A DNA stretch of 64,000 nucleotides from a virus (Duplodnaviria; Heunggongvirae; Uroviricota; Caudoviricetes): positions 1-64,000 of IMG/VR virus record IMGVR_UViG_3300049846_001486. One strand, written 5' to 3'. The position numbers were made by a program, and so were the translations under genes. This document shows positions 8,909 to 18,382 of this stretch, piece after piece; position 1 is the first letter of the stretch, and each line of letters starts with the position of its first letter. The notes beneath the pieces are model-generated. The model was given only the letters and a program-made list of their open reading frames with translations, searched no databases and was not told the origin of the DNA.

Positions 8909-8932
8909 AATTGTTGTTTTTTTGCAACAATT
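8909..8932. promoter_or_regulatory. inverted repeat AATTGTTG-N8-CAACAATT in the divergent gp55 / 8987 intergenic region (putative operator)
   Basis: Perfect 8-bp arms with the spacer TTTTTTTG, located between divergently transcribed genes. Confidence 0.3.
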
Positions 8933-8986
8933 TTCAATTCGATTATTTTCGATAAATATTATAGCAGTTTAATAGGTAAATTATAA

Positions 8987-11722
8987 ATGGCCGCTAAGAC
9001 CCCAGAAGAACAACAAGCACAAGAAGCTTTTGCTAGCCTTATCAAATCTTTAAAAGAAACAGAAATTTCTATGAAGGATTATAGAAAGGAAGTAGAAAAG
9101 ACATATCCAGCGTTTAAAAACCTAACTACAATCCTAAAAGGTGCATCAGGGTTGACTACCTTAATGGATGAGTTTAAAGATGAACTTAAAGACTTACAGG
9201 AAGACTTTGAACAAACTGCTGGAGAAAATAAAGAATTAGCTGATAGAATGAAAAAAGCATCTGACAGCGTTTCTCAATTTACAAGAATCAATCATAAAAA
9301 TGTTGACAAACTAAAAAGTTTCAAAAAATCTATCGAAAGCGTCTCATCTGCTACCAAGGCTTTAAAATCCGTTCAAGATTTATCGGCAGAATCGTTAGAA
9401 GCATTATCTAAGAAAACTAAAGTACATAACGATATGTTAGCTCAAATGAAAGTTGAGGGAGCTTCCCTTAATGTTTCCATCTTGCAACAATTGAAGGAAC
9501 AGCAAGACCTTAAAGAAAAGGAAATGAGAAGCATAGAAAAATTCAATAAACGAATTTCCGAAATCTCAGAAAAATTGAAAAATGGAAGTTTGTCTGAAGA
9601 TGCTGAAAAATACAATAAAGAGTTGTTACAAGTATTGACTTCTAAGCGAGATGAAAAAAATAAATCAATCTCAGATATTAATAAAAAGTTAACACAACAT
9701 CTTAATGCTATGCACGAAAATACAGCAATGCTTGGTGCAACCGCTAAAACTTTTGATAAGACTTTAAAATTCAATAAAGAGGCTATGGGCGAATTTCGTT
9801 CTGCTATAGTTCAAGTTGGCGAATCTTTAGCCAAAGTAGTAAAGGGCATAACACAAAATGCTATAGGAAATGCTAAATCCAGAGCGCAAACGACTCAATC
9901 TACAAGCATTCTTGAAGGGTTGATTACCGCAGGTAAGGGCGGTGTATCTCAAGGACAATTGTTTGATTATTACAATGCTAGTAAAGGTAATTTAACATAT
10001 GCAGCCGGAAATCAAGATACTAAAGAGTTTGCAAAAGGTCGCTTTGATAAATTTGAAAGCGCAACAGAAAACTTGGGATTAGTTGGGGAAGAAGCCATTG
10101 CCTATTTACAACAAATGGATTCTAGAGCAGTAGAAGGCGGTTATGCTTCTAAATTAGATTCTGCCACTACCTTCGAGTTAAACAATTTTAGAAAATTAAA
10201 AGACACTTTAAGTTTGACTATGGAAGATACTATAGACTTATATGCAGAATTAGCAAAAAATCAAGAACTTCTATTAAAGGCTACTGACCCAAAAACTGGA
10301 AAAGTCAATCAAGCGTTGCTAATGCGTCATGTAAGAACTCTTGCGATGGAAAATAAGCTAAGAGGCATAACAAATGATAAACTTAAAGAAACTATAAAAC
10401 AACAGTTACAGACTCAGACCAATAATCGTTATTCTAATAATATCGGAGATGTTTACAGAAAAGCTATAGGGCAAAGATTATTAGCCCAACAATCCGGGGT
10501 TCAACTTAGTGAAAAAGAATTTCAGTTATTAATAAAAGCAGAAAGTGGTGGTGCATCCGCTGATGAAATGTCAACCGTATCCGACATTAAAAAGCGCATT
10601 GCTAGAGGCGGGCAGAAATCTATTTTGAAAGCTTCTCAAACTGGTGATTTGGGAACGAGAGAGGTGGGATTAAGATTTGCTCAAATTGGGGGTATTAGTC
10701 CTGAAGAAATGGAAGGTTCCATAGCCCAAGACCGCGTACAAGCTAACAGAGGTATGGCTGGTTACGAACATATAAAAAACAAAAAAGGCGAATATATTTT
10801 AGGTTACGATAAAGAAGGTAAAGAAATTCCATTTACGGAAGACCAAAAGGCTATATTATCACAAAATCAAATCGCATTAGATGCGTTTACTCCTGCTATA
10901 GATGATTCCACTAAAGCTTTGATATTTCTAAAAGAAGCAGCCGATGGCGTTAGCAAATCTGTATTTGGTGGGGTAGGCTCCGGAATTGCTGGGTTGTTTC
11001 AGGGTGCAACAAACGCCCTAGGAACAGGAGCAGCATTACATTTAGCAACAGGAGGTAAATCAACTTCTATGTTATCTAAGGCTCTGGGTATAGGGGGAGC
11101 AGCAACAGCCGGTTCAGCAACGGCTAGTGCTGTGGCCGGAGGCGCTGCCATAAGAGGAAGTGGTATGATTTTAGGTGGTAAGGCGGTTCCATTACCGGGA
11201 GCAGCACCTATGGGTACTATGGCTAAATTAGCGCGAGGCGGTCCTATAGTTGCTAGTGCGCTAGCAGTTGGTCAACAATTAACTACTTCTTTTGAAGAAA
11301 TGGAGCAAAATGTTGGAATCACAATTGGTGATAGCGCAAAGAAAGCTGCTGGAGTGTATTCAGCAAACTTCTTTAAAAATGTCGGTGATAATATGACATT
11401 AGGATATGCAGATAATATAGGAAAAGCTTTAGGCGGCATTGCTTACAATTTATTGGATGAGGAAGATGCGGATAATCTCACAGCTTTGAGTGATGTGTGG
11501 AATGAGTTAGTTCCGGTATTCATGGAAATTAAAGATAATACAAAGACTAGCGCAGAGAAAGCCGCAGAAGATTTGAAAAGACAAAAAGACAAGAACGCCA
11601 AAGACGAAGCTAAGGCGGCGGCAGATAAAAAGAAAGAAGAGCGTCAAACTGCATTAGATATGGCTATAGCATCTTCAGCACAAAACTTAAGAAATTCTGG
11701 ATTCGGCCCAAGAGGTATGTAA
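8987..11722 (+). CDS. large virion-associated hypothetical protein (911 aa) with N-terminal coiled coils and a Gly/Ala-rich hydrophobic C-terminal region; tape-measure or ejection-protein-like
   Basis: The first roughly 350 aa are heptad-rich. The C-terminal part carries segments such as GGVGSGIAGLFQGATNALGTGAALHLATGG and GIGGAATAGSATASAVAGGAA. The gene lies immediately upstream of portal. Confidence 0.35.
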   Translation: MAAKTPEEQQAQEAFASLIKSLKETEISMKDYRKEVEKTYPAFKNLTTILKGASGLTTLMDEFKDELKDLQEDFEQTAGENKELADRMKKASDSVSQFTRINHKNVDKLKSFKKSIESVSSATKALKSVQDLSAESLEALSKKTKVHNDMLAQMKVEGASLNVSILQQLKEQQDLKEKEMRSIEKFNKRISEISEKLKNGSLSEDAEKYNKELLQVLTSKRDEKNKSISDINKKLTQHLNAMHENTAMLGATAKTFDKTLKFNKEAMGEFRSAIVQVGESLAKVVKGITQNAIGNAKSRAQTTQSTSILEGLITAGKGGVSQGQLFDYYNASKGNLTYAAGNQDTKEFAKGRFDKFESATENLGLVGEEAIAYLQQMDSRAVEGGYASKLDSATTFELNNFRKLKDTLSLTMEDTIDLYAELAKNQELLLKATDPKTGKVNQALLMRHVRTLAMENKLRGITNDKLKETIKQQLQTQTNNRYSNNIGDVYRKAIGQRLLAQQSGVQLSEKEFQLLIKAESGGASADEMSTVSDIKKRIARGGQKSILKASQTGDLGTREVGLRFAQIGGISPEEMEGSIAQDRVQANRGMAGYEHIKNKKGEYILGYDKEGKEIPFTEDQKAILSQNQIALDAFTPAIDDSTKALIFLKEAADGVSKSVFGGVGSGIAGLFQGATNALGTGAALHLATGGKSTSMLSKALGIGGAATAGSATASAVAGGAAIRGSGMILGGKAVPLPGAAPMGTMAKLARGGPIVASALAVGQQLTTSFEEMEQNVGITIGDSAKKAAGVYSANFFKNVGDNMTLGYADNIGKALGGIAYNLLDEEDADNLTALSDVWNELVPVFMEIKDNTKTSAEKAAEDLKRQKDKNAKDEAKAAADKKKEERQTALDMAIASSAQNLRNSGFGPRGM

Positions 11723-11756
11723 TGTTCTATTATTTAAAGCATTGCAATAATTTGGC

Positions 11757-11764
11757 TATAAATA
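11757..11764 (+). promoter_or_regulatory. T4-type late promoter motif TATAAATA upstream of the portal gene
   Basis: Exact TATAAATA lies 20 nt upstream of the ATG at 11784. Confidence 0.45.
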
Positions 11765-11783
11765 GTTAAATAGGAAAAACTGT

Positions 11784-13520
11784 ATGTCGAAGTTAGCTAA
11801 GTTTTACAAGATAGTAACCCCAAAGAGCGCCGCTGCCGATGTTAGAGATAACATTGACATTACCGGCATGGGAGGCGGTGCCTACGGTAATTATACTTGG
11901 TATCATCGTTTAGTACAGGGTTCCCCCGCTCGTTTGACCAGATATCGTGAATACGACATTATGGATAACGATGTTGAAGTGGCCAGAGCTTTGGATATTA
12001 TAGCCGAAGAAATGACCGGAAATAACCCTAAATCTAACCTTCCACTAGAACTTCACATAACAGACACCAATGTACCTGCTCATATAGTCGCCACTTTAAA
12101 GGCGGCTTTGAATACATGGTGTAAATTACAAAACTGGGATAAACGCCTTTATGGTGTTGCCAGAACTACCATCAAATACGGAAATTGCTTTTTCTTAAGA
12201 GGAAAAGGTAATAATAAAGGGAAGAAGTGGAAATATGTAAATCCTAAAGCCGTGGTCGCAGCAGTAACCTCCGAAGACGATATTACGGATGTTCGCGGCT
12301 GGCATATTAAGGTTGATACAAAGCGTATTAATGGTCTTAACCAAGGTTATTCTTTGGGTTACAATTCCAATGCTAATCCGGGGGATTATAATGTTGAACA
12401 GTTCCCGGCTGATGATGTTATTACTTTCGCTCTAGAAGATGAATTTAGCGAAGATGCTCCTTTCGGTAAGTCGGTATTAAGTGCTGTTTATAGAACCTTC
12501 AAACAGAAAGAATTGTTGGAAGATTCGATAATAATTTACAGAATAGTAAGAGCGCCAGAAAAAAGAGTATTCTATATTGATACTGGTAAGATGCCTCCGC
12601 ACCAAGTCGCCACTCACTTAGAACAAATCAAAAACGAAATTAAACAAAAGAAGATTCCTACCTTCCAAGGCGGTCAATCTCAAGTTGAATCCGTCTATAA
12701 TCCTCAGTCTATGTCAGAAGATTTCTTCTTCTCCAAGAGAGCAGACGGTTCCGGGTCTTCGGTAGAAACCTTACCGGGCGGTCAAAACTTAGGCGAATTA
12801 ACTGATTTGAACTACTTCTACAGCAAATTGTGGAGGGGGTTAAGAATTCCTGCTTCCTATATGGATAGTGAAAAGGAAGGTTCTTATAACGATGGTAAGG
12901 TCGGAGTCGCTTATATCCAAGAAATCAAATTCTCTCAATATGCTGAACGCTTACAGAAAGACCTAGAAATTACTTTGGATAAGGAATTCAAGAGATTCTT
13001 ATACGAGACTGGCATCAGTATTGACCCAACTTGCTATAACATTCTATTACCCGCTCCTTCTAACTGGTCCAAGTCCAAGCAGCAAGACATTGATGCTAAC
13101 TTGCTTAATAACTTCAATACCGCCGTTGGTAATGAATTCTTATCAAGAAGATTCGTTCTTGAACGCTATTTACAATTGAGTAAGGAAGAAATTGCCACAA
13201 ACGAAAGAATGAGAGCCGAAGAATTAGGATTACCATTTGAAGGTGGTATGAATAATTTAGGAAAGATTTATTATCCTGAAGTGGCCGAGGCCGGTGGTTT
13301 TGATGGCGCTGCCAGCGGTGGCGGCGGTACTAGTGGTGGCGGAGGTGGCGGAATTCCATTAGGCCCAGATACAGAATTAGATGATATTGAAGGCGAAATG
13401 GGCGGTGATGAAACCGATTTAGGCGGTGAAGATACTGGCGAAGAAGCTGGTGGAGATAATGAGGCTCCAGATTTAGAAGCTCCTGAAAAGGGACTTCCTC
13501 AAGAAAAGCCACCTAAATAA
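11784..13520 (+). CDS. 20: portal vertex protein (T4 gp20-like)
   Basis: About 578 aa, directly upstream of the prohead protease. Internal sequence VYNPQSMSEDFFF resembles conserved gp20 segments. The C-terminal tail is Gly-rich and acidic. Confidence 0.7.
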   Translation: MSKLAKFYKIVTPKSAAADVRDNIDITGMGGGAYGNYTWYHRLVQGSPARLTRYREYDIMDNDVEVARALDIIAEEMTGNNPKSNLPLELHITDTNVPAHIVATLKAALNTWCKLQNWDKRLYGVARTTIKYGNCFFLRGKGNNKGKKWKYVNPKAVVAAVTSEDDITDVRGWHIKVDTKRINGLNQGYSLGYNSNANPGDYNVEQFPADDVITFALEDEFSEDAPFGKSVLSAVYRTFKQKELLEDSIIIYRIVRAPEKRVFYIDTGKMPPHQVATHLEQIKNEIKQKKIPTFQGGQSQVESVYNPQSMSEDFFFSKRADGSGSSVETLPGGQNLGELTDLNYFYSKLWRGLRIPASYMDSEKEGSYNDGKVGVAYIQEIKFSQYAERLQKDLEITLDKEFKRFLYETGISIDPTCYNILLPAPSNWSKSKQQDIDANLLNNFNTAVGNEFLSRRFVLERYLQLSKEEIATNERMRAEELGLPFEGGMNNLGKIYYPEVAEAGGFDGAASGGGGTSGGGGGGIPLGPDTELDDIEGEMGGDETDLGGEDTGEEAGGDNEAPDLEAPEKGLPQEKPPK

Positions 13521-13568
13521 GCTATAATTTATTTACTAACTTATTATCAACTCATAAATATAAAGACA

Positions 13569-13763
13569 TTGAGGATATTTACAATGAAAAATGAAATCTT
13601 TAACATGATTACTGCTATTTTAGCAAAAGACAAACCAAAGGCTGTCGAACTTTCTAAGACTATTTTTAACGCCAAATCCAAAAAGATTATGGAAGGTGAA
13701 GTAGAAGAAGTCGAACCTGAAGTTGAAACTACAGAAACCGCTTCTACCGAAGAAAAGGTTTAA
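13569..13763 (+). CDS. small acidic protein (possible gp67/68-like prohead core protein)
   Basis: 64 aa. CATAAATATAAAG late-type motif upstream at 13553-13565. Sits between portal and protease as the small core proteins do in T4. Confidence 0.35.
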   Translation: MRIFTMKNEIFNMITAILAKDKPKAVELSKTIFNAKSKKIMEGEVEEVEPEVETTETASTEEKV

Positions 13764-13765
13764 TA

Positions 13766-14002
13766 ATGAAGTTAGCCGACCTTTTTGGTAAAGGAACTGC
13801 TACCACCGTTGATGGTGGTAAACCTTTATCTAATGTATTTACAGATAAAAATGTAAATAAGAAAAAGAAGAAAATGCATAAAATTGCTAAAGGCGTTTAT
13901 GGTATTGGTCCCGGTTGTGGTGCAAATTGCAGCGGAGATTCTTTAGAAGGGGTTGGCGGTGATGCTGGCGGCGGAGACGGTGGCGGAGGCGGCGGTGAGT
14001 AA
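13766..14002 (+). CDS. small Gly-rich protein
   Basis: 78 aa with a KKKKK patch and a C-terminal poly-Gly/Asp tail. Confidence 0.3.
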   Translation: MKLADLFGKGTATTVDGGKPLSNVFTDKNVNKKKKKMHKIAKGVYGIGPGCGANCSGDSLEGVGGDAGGGDGGGGGGE

Positions 14003-14228
14003 GAAAACTTTTAAATCCTATTTGACCGAAAATACTCGCAAGTTCTATTACTTGGGGTGGAAACCTGTTGACGATAAAGACGAAGAAAAATCGGACTTTA
14101 AAAGAGACGAGGTTAAGAAAGCCTACGATAAAGAAATAGAGAAAAATGATAAAGAAAAGGGTGATGGCTCAATAAATAAGAGTAAGCTCACCGATTATTT
14201 ACGAATCGTTAATGCAGCCTCGGAGTAA
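13996..14228 (+). CDS. small Lys/Glu-rich protein (GTG start)
   Basis: GTG start overlapping the previous stop. About 77 aa of highly charged sequence. Confidence 0.3.
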
Positions 14229-14231
14229 CCT

Positions 14232-14705
14232 ATGGATAAGTTCACAATTTTAGACAAGTATATTGACGCGGTTGTTAATAAAGCCTCTCCAGAGACTTTA
14301 CATGAAATCTTTAAAGAGTTCATAACTGTAAAATCCAAAGAAGTATTATATCCGGAAACTATTAATGAGTTCGTAGGAAACGATAGCCCAGTTAAGCTTA
14401 AAGCTAATGAGGTTTTCGTAAATAATAAAAAGGTCGGTATGTTAAAGAACGACCCTAATGATATGGAAGGTGGTATCAACTTTACCACAATTGATGGTAA
14501 GTATTCCAAAGAATTCGACTCCATCCAACACCTATATCGTTTCTTAATCAAGAATTTCGCAAATTCCAAGACTCAACAGAAAGAGTTAGTTGATGAATCC
14601 GTTGATGAAAAGGATTGCGAAGATTGTAAATTAGATACATTAGAAAAAACAGGTTACGAAAAAGCAACTAAAAAGTTAAAAGATAAGAAAAAGGTTGAAA
14701 AATAA
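14232..14705 (+). CDS. hypothetical protein (possible prohead core/scaffold component)
   Basis: 157-aa ORF in the portal-protease interval. Confidence 0.35.
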   Translation: MDKFTILDKYIDAVVNKASPETLHEIFKEFITVKSKEVLYPETINEFVGNDSPVKLKANEVFVNNKKVGMLKNDPNDMEGGINFTTIDGKYSKEFDSIQHLYRFLIKNFANSKTQQKELVDESVDEKDCEDCKLDTLEKTGYEKATKKLKDKKKVEK

Positions 14706-14708
14706 TTT

Positions 14709-14891
14709 ATGAGTACAGAAGAAAGAAAAGCTTTATTGGGTCAGTTTATTGACCGCGTGATTAACAAAGATGATAAGGGTTCAGCAGAACTCTTTTCTCA
14801 AGTTATACATCTCAAGGGTAAGGCTATGGTTAACCCACCAGAACAGGTTGTTGCTCCTACTACACCAGATACTACAGGCGAAACAAAATAA
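14709..14891 (+). CDS. small hypothetical protein
   Basis: 60 aa. Its stop overlaps the protease start (TAATG). Confidence 0.3.
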   Translation: MSTEERKALLGQFIDRVINKDDKGSAELFSQVIHLKGKAMVNPPEQVVAPTTPDTTGETK

Positions 14892-15523
14892 TGAAGACAC
14901 AATTTCTTGTTGAACAGCTTACTGCAAACGAAGGTAACATTGTTACCGAAGCCATCAAAGAAGGTAACGAAGTTTACCTAAAGGGTATTATCATGCAAGC
15001 TGGCATCAAGAACCGTAATGGTAGAGAATATCCTTTACATGAAATGGTCGCTGCTGTAAACGCTGCCACTCAACAGATTAAGGAACATGGTGGTATCTTC
15101 GGAGAATTGGACCACCCTCAGACTATTTCTATCAACATGGACAGAATTTCCCATGTTATCACCGAAATGAAAATGGATGGTAACAATGTATTTGGTGTTA
15201 TCAGATTATTGAACACCCCAATGGGCCAGATTGCTAAGGAATTGGCTCGCTCTGGCGTTCGTTATGGTGTTTCCAGCCGTGCAACTGGTAATGTCAATGA
15301 AAGTGGCGTAGTTTCTAGTTTCCAGTTCTGCACCGTAGACTTGGTAGTTACCCCATCCGCTCCGGGCGCTATGCCTACTGCCGTATTCGAAGCTTTAGAG
15401 GCTTCCAAAACTGGTAGAAGCATTTTGACCTTAAGTGAGAGTTTGCAGCAGGATAAGGATGCTCAGAAATACTTCAAAGAGCAGATTTTGTCCTTCGTCA
15501 AAGAGCTTAACAGAAAAGCTTAA
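14891..15523 (+). CDS. 21: prohead core protease (T4 gp21-like)
   Basis: 210 aa, contains the GELDHPQ segment typical of gp21-family proteases, and follows portal. Confidence 0.7.
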   Translation: MKTQFLVEQLTANEGNIVTEAIKEGNEVYLKGIIMQAGIKNRNGREYPLHEMVAAVNAATQQIKEHGGIFGELDHPQTISINMDRISHVITEMKMDGNNVFGVIRLLNTPMGQIAKELARSGVRYGVSSRATGNVNESGVVSSFQFCTVDLVVTPSAPGAMPTAVFEALEASKTGRSILTLSESLQQDKDAQKYFKEQILSFVKELNRKA

Positions 15524-15960
15524 TCGGTTGTGATGCTTCCCGGTAGAGTACGATATAGGTACTTACCGAAGATAGTATTGACACCAAACATCATCATCCC
15601 ATTCTTTGTAACGCCGTCTGTGTAGTTCACAGACACATTAACTTTACACATCGTATAAACTACACCATCGTTATCCAATATGCGGACGGGCTTACCGGTA
15701 TCGTTGTTCATTACCGGGAATCCTTCTTTGACGGTAACAGATTCGACAAAATGTAATGGGGTTTGTGATAATCCAGTTTTTCTAATGGCAAGCAATGCGT
15801 TGTCCGCGATATTTTGCTGGCCACAATTACTGTTATCTTGATTGGATACAATAGAGATAGTGATAAAGACAGCAGTTGAAATCGCAACTGCGACAGCAGC
15901 CATGATTGCTTCATGCTTTCTCTTTTGAAATTGTTCGGTGAAAAATTGTTTAATGTTCAT
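15520..15960 (-). CDS. single-pass membrane protein, unknown function
   Basis: N-terminal TM helix AIMAAVAVAISTAVFITISIV. 146 aa. Confidence 0.4.
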   Translation of the reverse strand: MNIKQFFTEQFQKRKHEAIMAAVAVAISTAVFITISIVSNQDNSNCGQQNIADNALLAIRKTGLSQTPLHFVESVTVKEGFPVMNNDTGKPVRILDNDGVVYTMCKVNVSVNYTDGVTKNGMMMFGVNTIFGKYLYRTLPGSITTD

Positions 15961-16002
15961 ACCGTAATAGTATCAAAAAAATTATAGGAAGTCAATAGGT
16001 CT

Positions 16003-17661
16003 TTAAACTCTCTGTAATCCTTCTTTCCACCATTCAGGTATGTTGTATTTCATTTGAGCATACAAGCCGTCAAATGCTCCATCCAAGATGTAGGTATATC
16101 CCCAATCTTCTTCGTTACGGACCACACGACCACCGCCTTGAATCACTCCAATCATGGCCTGTCTGTTATACCATTCTTTTGATAATTCCATTCTACGCTT
16201 AATCCAAGCGTCCCCTAGATATGGGTACGGAACCTTTACGAAAATAGCGAACCTACCAATATCTCCCTTAAGGTCTAAACCTTCGGTGATGCTTGGAGAA
16301 ATCAATAAGGTAGGAATTTCTCCTTTGTTAGCCATGAATTCATCAATTACCTGTCCTCTATCTAAACCGGACTCAGGCAGATGATGAATGATTTGGTGCG
16401 GTACTACACCTTCAAGTTCTTTGACCAACCAATCGGCAACTTGGAAGCTTGCCGTGTGGATAATTCCGGACTGGTCAGCGTGAGATTCGCAAATTTCTTT
16501 AATACGAAGCAACATATCTTTTCTTGATTCGCGCTTATCGTCTTTATTCCATCCGTAACTCATTTTCATTTCAGGAATGTATATGACAGGGCGGTTCTCG
16601 ATTTCGAATTCGGAATGTAATGAAATGAATGCGGCTTCATTTGGATTAATGCCTAAATCTCTACAGAATGCTTCTTTATTCAAGATGGTAGATGACATGA
16701 ATAGGAATTTATCTGCTCTAGGCTTAACCATTCCGTGGAAAATCTTCTTACCATAGATTTCTTTGAATTTGAAGAATGTCTTTTCAGAAATAAGAACATA
16801 TTCGTCTTCCAATACTGGAACTCCTTGACTCATGATGTTTTCGATTTCCATAATATGGTCGGATAGCTCTTTGAATTCCCTTACCATATTAACTTCAGCA
16901 GGGGATAACCCTCTCGGGTCCATACTGATTTCGTTTTCCAGTTCTTGTACTTGTTTGTGGATTTCGTTTACTTTCTTGGATGCGGCAGCATGATATGTCG
17001 TCTCCAAAAAGCCGTAGGCTTCCTTTAGAGATTTGGGTTGAAAGAACTTGATGCCGAATTTCTTACATCTGAATTCACTTATCGTCAATGTAGAAAATTC
17101 GACTAGGTGATGTTCCAAAGTATGGCATTCATCGAATACCATCAATTTTCTAGGTGGCATCTTCTTTGTATCCATAAACGAGAAATACAATAGAGCCAAC
17201 TTGTAATTCATTACCATATTAGGCGAAGCCAACGCAAGATTCAAAGCTGATTTAGCTGGGCATTCAGCGCAAGGCGGTTTTAAATCGCTTCCGATATCAC
17301 AATTGGTCTTCTTTCCTTCACAGGTGTAGTTGACCTTACCATAGATGGTACCGATGTATTTTTCATCAAATGAATCTTCGTATTGCTTTTGTAGGATTTT
17401 TTGTGGAGTTAAAACGAAAGAGTTACCCAACGATTGTGATAACCATCCACTAAGAGTAAGTGCTAATGGCGATTTACCACCACCTACTGGTATTTCACAT
17501 AGGATATATCTAACATTTTCGGGTAATTGCTCAATCCATTTTAAAGTTTGGATTTGTGATTTTCTTGGTTTATATTGAGGCATTGGCCAAAAGTCCATAA
17601 TGCCTTTCTTTTCCTTTGGAGAAGTCACTATGTCAAAGTTTGGTAATTCTTGGGAACTCAT
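16003..17661 (-). CDS. DinG/Rad3/XPD-family Fe-S DNA helicase
   Basis: Walker A PVGGGKS, DECH box VFDECH and a four-Cys cluster CEGKKTNC...CAECP between them. Start placed at MSSQ (17661), which has an RBS and an extended -10 TGTGGTATAAT upstream. Confidence 0.7.
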   Translation of the reverse strand: MSSQELPNFDIVTSPKEKKGIMDFWPMPQYKPRKSQIQTLKWIEQLPENVRYILCEIPVGGGKSPLALTLSGWLSQSLGNSFVLTPQKILQKQYEDSFDEKYIGTIYGKVNYTCEGKKTNCDIGSDLKPPCAECPAKSALNLALASPNMVMNYKLALLYFSFMDTKKMPPRKLMVFDECHTLEHHLVEFSTLTISEFRCKKFGIKFFQPKSLKEAYGFLETTYHAAASKKVNEIHKQVQELENEISMDPRGLSPAEVNMVREFKELSDHIMEIENIMSQGVPVLEDEYVLISEKTFFKFKEIYGKKIFHGMVKPRADKFLFMSSTILNKEAFCRDLGINPNEAAFISLHSEFEIENRPVIYIPEMKMSYGWNKDDKRESRKDMLLRIKEICESHADQSGIIHTASFQVADWLVKELEGVVPHQIIHHLPESGLDRGQVIDEFMANKGEIPTLLISPSITEGLDLKGDIGRFAIFVKVPYPYLGDAWIKRRMELSKEWYNRQAMIGVIQGGGRVVRNEEDWGYTYILDGAFDGLYAQMKYNIPEWWKEGLQRV

Positions 17662-17874
17662 TATTTTTTCCATTCGTAATAGATGATTATACCACACAAA
17701 TATCTGAAAAACAAGGGATTTGGGCAACTAGGAAGCTCTGCTTTCTGGTTGCCCTTCGAGTGAGGTACGAACGAGACATGCATTCCGTTTTTTCAAAATC
17801 CAATGTTCAAATTCTCACTTCGTTCGAATTTGAACACTAGATTGTTCTGTATTCCATTTGGTTTCAATTATATA

Positions 17875-18108
17875 TTATCTCCCTCCCCCATTTTTTATTT
17901 CATGTGAAAAGAGAGAAATTGCCCAACCAAACTCAACGGATTTATCCCAGACCGCTCTAGGGATTGGCATATCAGCAAAAATGTTTCTAAAAACTCTTAT
18001 GTTTTCTTCAAAATTCTTGGAAACTTTCTTGGTTATTTCTTGTAAGATAGGAATTGATATGCTCGGCTGTCTTTCCGCTTTCATCCAGAAAGCGTTCCGA
18101 CTCAACAA
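17875..18108 (-). CDS. possible small protein (TTG start) inside a 650-bp ORF-poor region
   Basis: 77-aa ORF with protein-like composition. An antisense 85-aa ORF on the plus strand is hydrophobic and looks spurious. Confidence 0.2.
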   Translation of the reverse strand: MLSRNAFWMKAERQPSISIPILQEITKKVSKNFEENIRVFRNIFADMPIPRAVWDKSVEFGWAISLFSHEIKNGGGR

Positions 18109-18382
18109 ATCATGAGGATGATTTGTAGGGTTTTAGTAAGTCCAAATCACAAATTCAGATTAATTCCGAAATCTATAGAATTTTGTGATTCCTTACACAG
18201 ACCTTTAAGTGGGGAATGTTCCATGTGGAACATTTTAAACATTCGTACTCAAAACGCTTAACACTTATCCGACCTTGGTTAATAAACCTTAGTGCAGCCT
18301 GTTCAGAATTATTGTATTGTTACAAGTCCTTTTAATCTATCTTGTGGACATAATGTAACACTAACTGCCCATCATGTCAAGA

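Noticed and set aside
9442-9774. Minus-strand 110-aa ORF
   Set aside because: It is antisense inside the 911-aa gene and is the reverse reading of an AT-rich Lys/Glu-coding region.
17858-18115. Plus-strand 85-aa ORF in the ORF-poor island
   Set aside because: It is hydrophobic and low-complexity (IIYYLPPPFF) and overlaps a more protein-like minus-strand ORF. Both remain doubtful and only the minus one is listed, at low confidence.
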